Part shown: positions 1 to 10,920 of the stretch, piece after piece
Layout of the letters: each line of letters opens with the position of its first letter
How positions within the stretch are numbered: position 1 is the stretch's first letter
Origin: Psammoneis japonica
Lineage: Eukaryota
DNA length: 55,386 bases
Assembly (NCBI GenBank): GCA_008632985.1
Contig: QPGO01000006.1
Location: forward strand, 496,001-551,386
Reading direction: 5' to 3'
The notes under the pieces: model-generated
Told to the model about the DNA's origin: nothing
Database searches by the model: none
What the model saw: the letters and a program-made list of their open reading frames with translations, nothing else
Made by a program: the position numbers and the translations under genes

Positions 1-286
1 GAACTCTCTTGCACAGGTGGGTCGGCACTGATGATGAGTGAGATGAAAAAAGACCGGAGGAGTTTGAATTTTGTGTGTGGTGGCTTTGTCCGAGCGCCAG
101 TGCTCAGACTGTGGCGCGTCCGTCTGAGATGGACGAACCGAGGTGGCAGTGTCTGTGTTGCATTGATCGTCAACTGATGATGATGCGCATTCTTTCAGAA
201 AGCCCAAGCATTGCAACGTGTGTTCTTGAAATGAAGCGTTCTGATTGGTCCAATCTTCCATCGGTGGGGGGCCTGTCACGACTCCA
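1..286. repeat. Direct repeat copy A (cut by window edge); copy B is 3753-3963 + 4357-4432
   Basis: GAACTCTCTTGCACAGGTGGGTCGGCACTG at 1 recurs at 3753. The tail TTGCAACGTG...GGCCTGTCACGACTCCA recurs at 4357-4432, after the MITE. Confidence 0.9.
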
Positions 287-646
287 AAAATGGGGGGGGT
301 GCAGACGGAAGAAGAGGGGGGGAGAGGGGGAGCGAAGCGACCCCGTTGTTGCTGCTTTAACAAGAGAGAAGGAAGGAAGAGAGCAAACGGAAGCAGCAAG
401 GAAAGAAGTGAGACGACCGTGCAATGTGTTGTTGCGTTTTTGCGGAGTTGAAGATAGAGCGCATGAGCCTGATGCGCACAAAAGATTTCTGTGGTAGATT
501 TCACACATGCGCTGTCGCCCCCCATTTCCCATCTTCTATCTTGGTCCCAATTTGAGATGGAACGTTGGCTAGAATCACAGTGCAAATGATGAATCTACAT
601 TTGCAGGCTGCTTGGATGAACAATGTTCATCATGCGGCACTCTTCC

Positions 647-3619
647 TCAAGCAGCCACCCCCAACAAGTTTGTTTTTGAAAGATGAAAATCCCTGGCTCG
701 GAAGCAACAGAATTTTTTGGTCAGATCCGATTGCAGATTCGGCGCCAGATGCAACGGCAGCAAATGTGTTGGCAAACTAGTCCAAAATGGAGCAACAGCA
801 ATTGGCACACAGCATGGCACAGGGCATGGTGCAACAGGGATGGGTGGTGCGCGTCTCGGCGCTGCCTTGTCTTGAGAACACGAGGACTTGGTTTTTTTCG
901 CGCTCGGCCCCTCAGCACACGTCGGCGTCGGCTGTTGTGACTCGCAGTTCCTTTTGCATGGGTTCACCACAGTTGAAGCAGGATTAGATCGAGTTGCACA
1001 TGGGTTTCTTGTCCCACACTTGCTGCACATGCATCTGTCAGGGTCGTTGTTGCTGCTCGCAGCTGCTGCGCCAAATTTTGCTTTTCTCGCTTCGAGTTCC
1101 TCGCCCGCGCTTTCCAGTTGTTTCGGGCATGCTGAAAAATGCCGCTCACCATTGTCTGCTTTCAATTCTTCGACATTTTCATGCACAGGATGACCGACTC
1201 CCGCTTTCTCCGCCAACTTGTTGTTGTGGTCGAGCCTGCTGTGGTTGAGAAACGTCGGCACCCCACGAAAGGCGTGCGGAATCTTGGCGCGCTCGTCCGC
1301 CGTCATCTCGTCCATTCGAAGACGCTGGCGTGTCGCAATGTTGCATTCACACGTTCCAGCAAGGCACAGTGCATCTATGAAGGTGCTCCTGGAACCGGTG
1401 TTTCCAAAATGCTTGACGATGTGATGAAACTTCTCAAGCTTGGATTCGGTGCCGGTGGTGGTGACGTGCGTGTCAAGCTTGCACTTCGACCATTTTGAAG
1501 GCTTGATGACTCTGTGCAAGTCTCCACGTTGCAAAGGCTCATCGAGTCCACGAGCTGTCACCTTTGCATTTTCCACCGCTGGCTTGGCATCTTCCGTGAA
1601 GAGAGGCCTGCCAGAATCTGGATCATGCCGTCCGCCGGCGTCTGCCGCTCCAGGAGATGCAGAGCACTTGTGCCGATCAAACCACACTTCAAGATTGCTG
1701 TTGCGTGTTGCGAGAGGGTGAGTCCACCTTCGCACACACTTCTGGCAGTTTTTCCATTTCTTGCTCTTCTTGATCTCTTGAATTTCTTTGCTTGCACGTG
1801 TCTTGCCGCAGAGCCTTCCAAACATTAGCGCATTGATCACCCGCGCCTCGTTGGATTCATCATTGTGCCGAATGCAATCTTTCAAGTCACGAACGGCACG
1901 ACAGCAATCAATGTGCGTGCCTCGCAAGGTGCGAATGATTTGGTTAGTCCAGTGCCAAAGACCAAGCCGACACACTGTGTCCTGACCAAAAATTTCTTTC
2001 CAAAACTCTTCCTTGTTCGGCCATGCATCAGAACAGTGAACTTGGGGGTTCACATTTGGACGTCTGGCGAATTGCTCAGCAGCATGGGCAAAATCCTTGG
2101 TTTCCAGTGATGGCACCACTGCCGCCACCCCAATTTCCCCCGTCTCAACAGCCATGGTGAAAAGTCCTTTTCCGTCATTGTCTTTGTAATTTTTCAATTG
2201 GTCGAAGGTGTGGTCGGAAGCAATGCTCACACGACAACCGACTGATTGGATCTCTCTTGTGTGTCGCATGTTGTCGCTTGTGCCAGTGTTGGCATGTTTC
2301 GAATCGGCAACTGCGTCAAACATGTCGCGTGCGTTCTGACCTGTTGGTCCATGTCGACCCAACCACTTCTCAAAAGTTGACAACACTGGTGTGGGCGTCG
2401 TGGAACTTTTTGCCACTTCGATCCACCTCAAATGATGTCGCTCCTCCATGTCAAGGTAAGCTTGGCCACGTTGTTGATGTGGGCATGCCGACATGGCATC
2501 ACCGTTGCTGCTTTCCTTCAATTCGTGCTCAATGCATCTTGTTGTTGTCAAGTCCACATGAAACGAGGAGTTCGCGACCGCGTGCCGAACGTCCACGGGA
2601 TGTGACTGTCGGACAAGCTTGGGCAACTTAACCAGCAGCTTGCCATCATTCCCCTTGCATTTGCAACCACATTTGTTGCATTTGCAGTGCATTGCTGTTG
2701 CGCAATCGGTGTGTCCACTGACTTTAAAGATGGGAGTTGCCGGACAGTCCTTTTTTACATCAAATTGCTGGTGCATCATCTCACCACCACAATCATTGAC
2801 ACAAGGCAAAAACACACCCAGACAATTGAGCTCCCAGCGAAGTGTGTGTGCTGTGATGCCCTCCATCTCACTGTGGAGATCATCTGGGGCAGAGAATGTG
2901 TTGTCACGAGGTGCTGTAAATGACAAGGTGCCAGGGGGGAAGTGCTTCTGGTGCCATGCCAGTTTCTTCTTGTTTGCCTCTCCACCCATCATCTCGTTTG
3001 AGTCGGCATGAAATCGAGATGGCAATGAGTCCAACAGGTGCAATGTCAAAGCTTGCACTGGTGCAGAACAGGAGTTCTTCTTTTTCTTGCATGCATCAAC
3101 TCTTTTGCGAATCTCTCTCTTCAGCACCTCTGGAGAAAGAAGATCTTCTTCCACATTCACGGCAGAAAGCAGTGTGTTCTTCGACGGGACGGCAGTGATG
3201 GTGGCAGCAGCAGCACCGGCAGTGGCAGTGACGGGCATGGTGTCGGCAGCATCACTCAACAAGTCGGTCGTTGCAGATGGCTCACTGTTCTTTGAAGCCC
3301 TGGTGTGAATGCGGAACAGGTCCTCCATGCCTTCCTTGGTTGGACGCTGAAAACCCTGCACTTTTTTTGCGTTCTTTCTTGCGCCACTGGTCACAAAGCA
3401 GTGGACAGCCACGTTTCGCTCGGCGCTCATGTTCTTTCCATAACACATGGATTTTGGGCAGCTGGGATCATGGCCCTTTTTGCAGGTGGGTCCTTGTTTG
3501 CATCTCTTGCACTCAACAACCTTTTCTTGAGCAGTGTGACTGTTCGACAGAGTCAGAATTTGCGATTCTGCCTCCGCCGCCGGTGATGTTGTAAACCGAG
3601 GCGCATTTTTTCCTGACAA
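647..3619 (-). mobile_element. Zisupton/KDZ-like (DUF6729-like) DNA transposase ORF, TpA-hypermutated
   Basis: 990-aa ORF with motifs SDHTF, ETGEI, CSDAWP, RLGLWHW and GTESKLEKFHH (cf. Zisupton LDIWH and GSTSLESFH). Cys cluster upstream. Only 3 Tyr found, with excess Cys/His. Confidence 0.6.
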
Positions 3620-3752
3620 CTTTGCGACTCCAGAAAAAGCTCGCTCCTTTGCTTTTTTCGTGGCTGCCTTTCGAGTCTAAGACTGAATGCCCATGGTGCT
3701 GGGAAGCTTGCGGGAGCAACACTTCTCCACTCTGCTGCAATTCCTTCTCTCA

Positions 3753-4432
3753 GAACTCTCTTGCACAGGTGGGTCGGCACTGATGATGAGTGAGATGAAA
3801 AAAGACCGGAGGAGTTTGAATTTTGTGTGTGGTGTCTTTGTCCGAGTGCCAGTGCTCAGACTGTGGTGCATCCGTCTGAGATGGACGAACCGAGGTGGCA
3901 GTGTCTGTGTTGCATTGATCGTCAACCAATGATGATGTGTGTTCTTTCAGAAAGCCTTGAGCAGACGCGTTCCAGCCCTAGGTGGGACTCCGTGTGACAT
4001 TGGGCCCGTAGAATTCTACGTGCGAGGTCCTTAGTACGAGAATTTAATTAATGGATATATTTATCTTCAACATCAAATAAACGGCCAAGTTTGTGGTACA
4101 ATTATGCCTCTTACCACTCGACGTTTTTGCAAATGCACCTGCCCTACGCGATTCTTAAGACATTATAGAATCGCGCTGTAACAAAAAATGTCAAAAGTTT
4201 TTGGACGGATCGCTCAATAAGCGTACCGTAAAATGACACAAAATATAAAAAAATCACGTAGAATTCTACGTGCGCGACATACGACGAGATTCAAAAAACT
4301 ATCGATGTCACAGTTCAGCAGTACGAGGTCCCACCTAGACCTGGAACGCGTCAGCATTGCAACGTGCATTCTTGAAATGAAGCATTCTGATTGGTCCAAT
4401 CTTCCATTGGTGGGGGGCCTGTCACGACTCCA
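3753..4432. repeat. Direct repeat copy B, interrupted by a MITE
   Basis: Matches 1-286 once 3964-4356 is removed. Confidence 0.9.
3964..4352. mobile_element. 389-bp MITE with ~25-30-bp TIRs and 4-bp TSD AGCA
   Basis: Left end GACGCGTTCCAGCCCTAGGTGGGAC, right end GTCCCACCTAGACCTGGAACGCGTC. AGCA at 3960-3963 and 4353-4356. The empty site (single AGCA) is at 207-210. Confidence 0.9.
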
Positions 4433-5766
4433 TTGTGGCCACACGCCCCGCTGTGTGTGCCCCCTCCCAGATCACAGAGACACCCCCTAAAAAGGGGAGA
4501 CGGAAAGTCTGAAGTGTCCCCATGAAGTCTGTGTCCAGGTGCTGGGCACAAACACTTGTGCCTTTGATCTGAGCCAGTCTTCTTAAAAAAACAGTTTTCT
4601 TGCACTGTGGCACTGTGGTGTCACAACCATTGATGCTCTCAAAGTGTGGAGCATTGACAAGAAGAACACCCACAAGAACTCCAACTGGATGAGCAGGCGT
4701 TGCTGTCAGATCTGTTTTGGCCAAGAGATTGAGCAATGTGCTCTCATCTTTTTGCAAAGAAAAACATGTTTCAGAATCTTTTTAACAAGGCACTCATCTG
4801 CAATTTTGGCACATGTTGTCATCTCCCTGAGCTCAGTGGCTGCTTGCATCCCCTCGAGCTCAGCGGCTGCTGCTGCAACTCGAAGGTTTCTGCAGCCAAA
4901 TGGGAGGCTGGGCTTTGCATCTGTGGTGACAAACAATGTGGATTGCTGCAAACAACAACAAGTGTTGTCCATTTTTATGAGCCAGATGGAAAATGCTGCA
5001 AAGCAGTTGTGAGAGATCACACCGACACAGCACATCTGTGTCCCGTGGGCCCAAGAAAGGTGTGCGCTGCTGCTGGCTCCCAGGCAGAGAAGGCTTGCTG
5101 CACTCTTTGTTTTCACAAGATTTCAAAAATGAACTTTGTTCACATGTGATGACAGAAGGAACAAATTGACATTGAGCTGCAGAGCTGAAGACCAGTGGAA
5201 TGTGGTGGAAAGTGGGGATGGGACACTGTCAAAAAGAACTGAAAAAGCTGGTTGTGGAAAAGTGCCACTGAGAGACTTGCTGTTGTCAGTCTGTAGTGCA
5301 AGGCAGAAAATGCAGTCACTTGCCTGTCATTCCACAGTCTTCCACTTCGATGCATCCGTTGTGCAACATCTAATTTCGTTTTGTTGTGCAGCAAGACACC
5401 CAACACTACGATGATGAAGACACCGCTGTGACCGATGAAGGCGGATGTGCTTTACTGTTGACTGACTCAGATAGATACCGGGCCAATACATCCAAAAAAA
5501 TCTACCCTCAGTTCTACCCTGTAGAGAGTAGTACTCATCCTACGGGGAAGAAGACCAACCCGTAGCCATCAGTAGAGAAGCTACGTGCTAGTAATCAACC
5601 TACGCAAACCCCACGCGAGGAGTTGAACCCGAAAAAAAACTCCAAGACGAAGCGAGCGACGCTCAAAAAACACCGCGCCGTCACCTTGACCATGGCCTTT
5701 GAACGCCCGTAGTTCTACTCGGTACCCATTACAGCAAAGGTATGAATGCCAACATTGACTAATGAG

Positions 5767-6475
5767 ACTATGAAAAAAATGATGCTTGCTTTGGATTTTT
5801 TGCTTACCCTTGCCTTTTGGGTGTTTGATGACTTTTGCTGCAAGAGAGGAAACACGCGGCGCCACCGCGTCGGTAACAGTAGCGTTGATATTTCTACTCG
5901 GTGATTTGAGGACAAAGGTGAGAATGCCAATGCTTGCTAAACTTAGCTTTAAAAATCGTATGGTTGTGTTTGCACTCATTACAAAGCCCGTATTTTGGGC
6001 GTTTGATGCTTTTTTCTGAGGCACAGCTTTTCTCTCACTTTTTCTGTTGTTTTGTGGTCGCTCATAGGTCCACCCGGCACCCATTGCAGCGACGGCATGA
6101 ACACCGCTACGGATCAATATGACTATGGAAAAAAATGATGCTTGCAGTGGATTTGTTGCTGCTCCTCACCTCTTGGGTGTTTCGCGACTTTTGCTCCCAG
6201 AGAGGACACTGACAGGACTGCCGCGTCTGACACAGTAGCATTCATAATCAAGCTCGGCTTCGGACTGCAAAGGTAAGAACAACAAAATTTGCTAATAATA
6301 ATGTCGAATATGTTATGGAAATGTTTGTTTGTTGTACACATCTCATGTTTTGTGCGTTTGATGATTGTCAAGTGTGGCGCAGTTTTTTCCTCACAGTTTC
6401 TCCTGTCTCGCCGTCGCTGACAGGCCCACTCGGCACCCATTGCAGCATAGGTGCCAAGGTGAATACGGACCAAAT
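5767..6475. repeat. Diverged tandem duplication, unit ~354 bp
   Basis: GACTATG(G)AAAAAAATGATGCTTGC starts at 5767 and 6121. Both units contain CGGCACCCATTGCAGC and end TACGGA(T/C)CAA. Confidence 0.8.
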
Positions 6476-7272
6476 AGTTATAAAAAAATGTATCTCAAGC
6501 CAAGGATGCGGAACAATCTATTTAAAGATCAACGGCAGCAACCCTTGGTCGTGCCTTCCGCGCTAGGGAGCAGCTTGTTTTCTTCTCAAGCTGGTGGAAG
6601 TGCAATGAGGTGCTGATTGTTCCTTAGGCTAATGCAATTGTTTAGTAATATTTAAATATAAAATTCACAACAGTAATCTCAAATAGGTGCTTTAGAGCTT
6701 GTCAAAGTTGAAAGTAGTGCAAGTCGTTCGTCTGCTTTCCCACAGGGAGTGTGAAGGTTTCTACTGCACTCAGGATGCCTGTGAGTGCTGCTTGCCATGC
6801 CACCATAGATGCAGTTGGCATTGGTGCAGTTGCCGGGGTTGCATACGGCAACGCTCATGGTTGAGATGCCGCATTGAGACGAGTAGAACTTTCGAGTATT
6901 TTTTTTGTTCCTCCCGTCGCACTCGACATCACGCACCAAGGACAGACTGTTTAGATCGCGCGAAAGGGGCGCGCAGGGTAGAATTTTTGGCTCCGAAAAT
7001 TCTACTGTGCCTTCTACCTGAGTGGAATAAACAGTGGATGTACGGTAGATCTTTTTAGAAGATACCAACACCGTATTGACATTTTTACATACGAGAATTC
7101 CACTTTCCAGTAGAAAAATACTACTTGGGTAGAATTTTGGGTGTAACGGTACTGTACCATCGATCGCGATCAATTTTTCACAGAAGCGAACATAACGAAC
7201 AACGATCGACTCAACATCACCATGTTGCACAAATATTAAGAAAGATCGAACTGCGTAACACAAGATCGCAGA

Positions 7273-8025
7273 ATGCTTTTATCAAGGTCAACTGCTCCTC
7301 TCTTGCTTATCCTCCACCCTCGGATTGTTTCTCCCTTTGTACCTCTAGCGACTAAATCCAATAGCTTTTCAGCGTTTGCCATGGCAGCCGAAGAATCATC
7401 GTCGTACTACCGCTCTGACGGAGTCCGCATTCAGCACGATCCGTACGCTCCAGGCATGGCGGAAAAGTACGGATTGCCCGGTTCGACCGATCCAAATGGC
7501 TTTGATCCGTACGCCGACACGGTTGGGCCCGGCATTTACGGAGGCAGTGTCAAGAGGGACTCCAACACGGGAAACATTGAAATTGGCCCGCAATACCAAA
7601 ACCACAACCACCGTCCCGGACCCGTCTATGACAACCAAGGATACAGTTTGATGAGCCGAGCCATTCATGTTGGTCCCGATAAAGTGCAGGAAATCTTGAA
7701 GGACTTTCCAGAATTAAAGGATGAAATCAGCACGGGAGGTGCTAGGCCTCTCCATGTCTGCGGCATGAGCCGGCACGGACAGCTCTCGACACAAGTTTTG
7801 ATTGACGCCGGAGCCGACATGCACGCCTTGGACACTTACAACTACAATGCCCTGCATCGCATGGCGTCCAATGATTTGGAAATTGGTGGCAAAGCGCTCG
7901 TTCAGGCCGGCATGGATCCAAATTACAGGCCAGATGGAGCAGACTCGACCCCCATTGAAATTGCAAAACGATCGCGATCCATCAAGTTTTTAATGGCCAT
8001 GCAAAGTTTGGGGCACTATGATTGA
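7273..8025 (+). CDS. Ankyrin-repeat protein, possible N-terminal targeting peptide
   Basis: GARPLHVCG...VLIDAGAD and YNALHRMA...ALVQAGMDPN ankyrin motifs. Normal dinucleotide composition. Alternative start at 7381. Confidence 0.8.
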   Translation: MLLSRSTAPLLLILHPRIVSPFVPLATKSNSFSAFAMAAEESSSYYRSDGVRIQHDPYAPGMAEKYGLPGSTDPNGFDPYADTVGPGIYGGSVKRDSNTGNIEIGPQYQNHNHRPGPVYDNQGYSLMSRAIHVGPDKVQEILKDFPELKDEISTGGARPLHVCGMSRHGQLSTQVLIDAGADMHALDTYNYNALHRMASNDLEIGGKALVQAGMDPNYRPDGADSTPIEIAKRSRSIKFLMAMQSLGHYD

Positions 8026-9149
8026 GTCATCGGGAGCTATGAAAAGAGTGATAGAAATGTGGAGAGTGACGCTATATTCTATGAACGTGTCCCGCAAGAT
8101 GATAAGAGTGTAGGACCACCAACGAAAACAAAGTTTACCATGTCAAGCTCATAACGTTGCTACACGGCGATTGCAAGAGTGTGACGAAGTCGTCGCCTGA
8201 GAAACAAAAAAATCAAGCTTGAGATTTTCGCGATCTCCTCTCGCTACCTAGATACACGCAATGTAACGTATCACACAACGACGTTAAACGTGCGTCACAA
8301 TCGCTCCAGCTTTCTCATCAGCCGCTGACACTCCTTGACTCTGTTGACTTCGAGTAGCAGTTGTTACGGACATATCGGTAAACGCACCATCCTTTGTGAA
8401 AGCTATCGACAGTGCAATTGCCATCGAAGCAAGATCGTCATGGGAAAAATAGAAAAGAAGCCGCTTCGATCGGGTGTGTCGTCGTCCGTTGACGCCTCGC
8501 CATATTCATCCCTGCAGCAACCAAGGCGAGCTTCCCGATCTTCCACTAGTACGCCTTCACGCTCAACTAAAGCAACAGCCGCTCTGGTTCGGTACGGTTC
8601 AAGTCTGGAAATGGCGCTTCCAGGTCTGCAGCGCAGCTTCGAAGAAAACCTGATGGCAACAGCTCGGATGACACTGACCTTTCGGAGGCATTGTCGCAGT
8701 TGACCGTGAAAGCTTCGAATGGAAGGACTTAGACAACGAGTGGAAATGACGTTTGGCGGATTCTGATGCCTTATTTTATGGGGATGGACGGGAGATCGAG
8801 CTCTAGTAAAGCTTGACAAATTTACGACTACAAAACAAAAGGTCCAGGCAGTGCGTTGGGAACGCAAAGTGTCGTCGAGAATAGATTATGAGCGAAACGA
8901 GTTTTGCGAATCAGAACGCTGATTCCATTGCAAGTAAATCACAGACTGGGAGAGCACATCTTATCGGCAGCAAGTTCAGCGCATACGTTGCACATTCACA
9001 TTGTTGCGGATGCCGTGAAAAACTCCACTAACCAAGGTGTGATAGCAAACTACGTAGACTGATCTTAGTGGATTCTATGCCTTTTGAAACACGGTCATCA
9101 GCTTGTGCTGCACAGTGCACTTTGAACACATTCATAAGTTTGCAATGAT

Positions 9150-9720
9150 TCAGCTAATCGATACCCTGACAGACAAAGTACCATCATCATCACGAGTTGA
9201 TGAATAGTAGCCAGCAACATAACGCGAATTCCGTTCAATCTTGAGACCAAACGATGTCATGAAGTTCTCAAGCTCATGTGCTTTGATATTTCGGTGACTG
9301 GGAGGGTACTTGACAGTAACCGTGGCAGGAGCGAAGAACTGCTCTCCCTCCTGGTCACTTTCGACCCGATTTGGTTGCTGGTATTGGTTTGAGCGGCTCT
9401 CTTTCACTGTAGTTTTCTGAATCAGCTGAGAGAAATATTGCTTGGCGATATCGCAGGCAAGCTTCTCCGCCGCAACAGTTCTGTACTTTGATTCAATTGC
9501 CGTGGATTTCTCTTCAAAGTATTCTCGGTAGCGACCAAGAGAATGAAACAAATCCTTAGGGTCGCCTACACTCAACGTGATGTTCGAGTCGACATAATCC
9601 AACGCAAAATGCTCCATGTCTGCAACAAACTGAGCTCGAGGAACGGACAAGGGAAGCTGTACTCGTGCATCTCTCATGTAATCCAATACGCACTGGAAGC
9701 ACTCGCCGTTTCTTTCAATG
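9150..9720 (-). pseudogene. BTB/POZ (K-channel tetramerisation type) protein, 3' portion, unmutated copy
   Basis: IERNGECFQCVLDYMRDARVQLP resembles the KCTD-type DRDG..F..ILDYLR motif. The N-terminal part of ORF 9150..10037 runs into unrelated TpA-depleted DNA. Confidence 0.7.
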
Positions 9721-9985
9721 GCCATGAGCTGGAGCCTGAAGGTGTGCTCCAACAAAATCACCATTCTTGACATGTCTCTCAGCTTGTGCAGCAAAGGCAA
9801 AAAAGAGTTTGACAGTGCAAGAGGATGCATTGGAGGACCAGTTGTCATCATTGGGAGAGTGTTGTCATTGGTCACCTTGGGTGCAGTGTTGTGCCTTGAG
9901 CTTGTCAAGGCAGCCATCTTCTCGTTGCTTGGCATGGAGAGCGAGGGTGCCAGCAATGACTTCATTGTCTGAATGTGGACATTGC

Positions 9986-10375
9986 TTTGACTCAATTTCC
10001 GTGAATTTCTCTTCAAAGCATTCTTGGTGGCGACCAAGAGAATGAAACAAATCCTTCCTTGGGGTCACCTGCACTCAACGTGATGTTCGAGTTGACACAA
10101 TCCAATGCAAAACACTCCATGTCTGCAACAAACTGAGCTTGAGGGATGGACAAGGGAAGCTGTGCTCGTGCATCTCTCATGTGATCCAACATGCACTGGA
10201 AGTGCTTGCCATTTCTTTCAACAAACAACTCATTGTCTTCTGCTGCGCCCTCTTGTTGCCATCTTTCCGAGCTGATTGTGGCTGACATGCAAGAAGGGAA
10301 TTGATCCAAAAGCGATTTGGAGATTTTGCACTTCATCCCTCCAATGTTGAACTTGACAGTCTTTGAAGCTTCCAT
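9986..10375 (-). pseudogene. BTB/POZ gene duplicate, TpA/CpG-mutated
   Basis: MEASKTVKFNIGGMKCKISKSLLDQFPSCM...FVERNGKHFQCMLDHMRD. Aligns with 9487-9720 and has a 4-bp insertion. Confidence 0.8.
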
Positions 10376-10757
10376 GTCAGCAAAGGCACAAGAAGCTTCA
10401 AGACCTCCTGCCATGCTGCGTTCCCACAGTGATGTTGGCTGATGGAAAAGTGGCACCCAGCTGGCCTTGGCGAACGAAACGAAGAGTGATCAGGTCTTGT
10501 GCCGAACGGCAGAGCAAGCCAGAGCAAGCTAAGAAGGTCAGCGCCACTCACAAAAAGCATGTTTTAGATGTTGTGAGGGGTTCAGAGCCAGTCTCTGAAC
10601 CGAAAAGTGATTGAAGCTGAACCCACACCATGGAGAAGGTCTCATGAAAATCATTCCCGCATGAGAGATTGATTCAGTCACCATTGGACCAGCTGATTTG
10701 TGATGTTCAGCCAGAAGATTCTAACATCGACCATGCCAGAAGATTCTAACATCAACT

Positions 10758-10920
10758 GCGCCCTCTTGTTGCCATCTTTCCTGACCAATCATGGCTGACA
10801 TGCAAGAAGGGAATTGATCAAAAAGCATCATCAGATTTTGTGTTTTGTTCCTCCAACGTTGAATTTGACAGTCTTTGAAGCTTCCATGTCAGAGGTGTTG
10901 GAAGCGTCGAGACCTCCCAC
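10758..10920 (-). pseudogene. Third fragment of the BTB gene 5' end
   Basis: MEASKTVKFNVGGTKHKI; repeats ~10246-10408. Confidence 0.7.

Noticed and set aside
647..3619. Cys/His richness as a novel metal-binding protein
   Set aside because: Explained by TAY->TGY/CAY recoding; no periodic ligand spacing, unlike 40071..41177.
1..4432. Direct repeats as LTRs of a retrotransposon
   Set aside because: The enclosed ORF has DNA-transposase motifs, with no gag, RT or integrase. Tandem copies are more likely.
8335..8950. ORFs 8335..8703 and 8403..8867
   Set aside because: No ATG-initiated long frame or recognisable motif; possibly a decayed gene, but unsupported.
9720..10037. N-terminal third of ORF 9150..10037 as real coding sequence
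   Set aside because: Read-through into stop-poor mutated DNA; homology to the BTB gene ends at ~9720.
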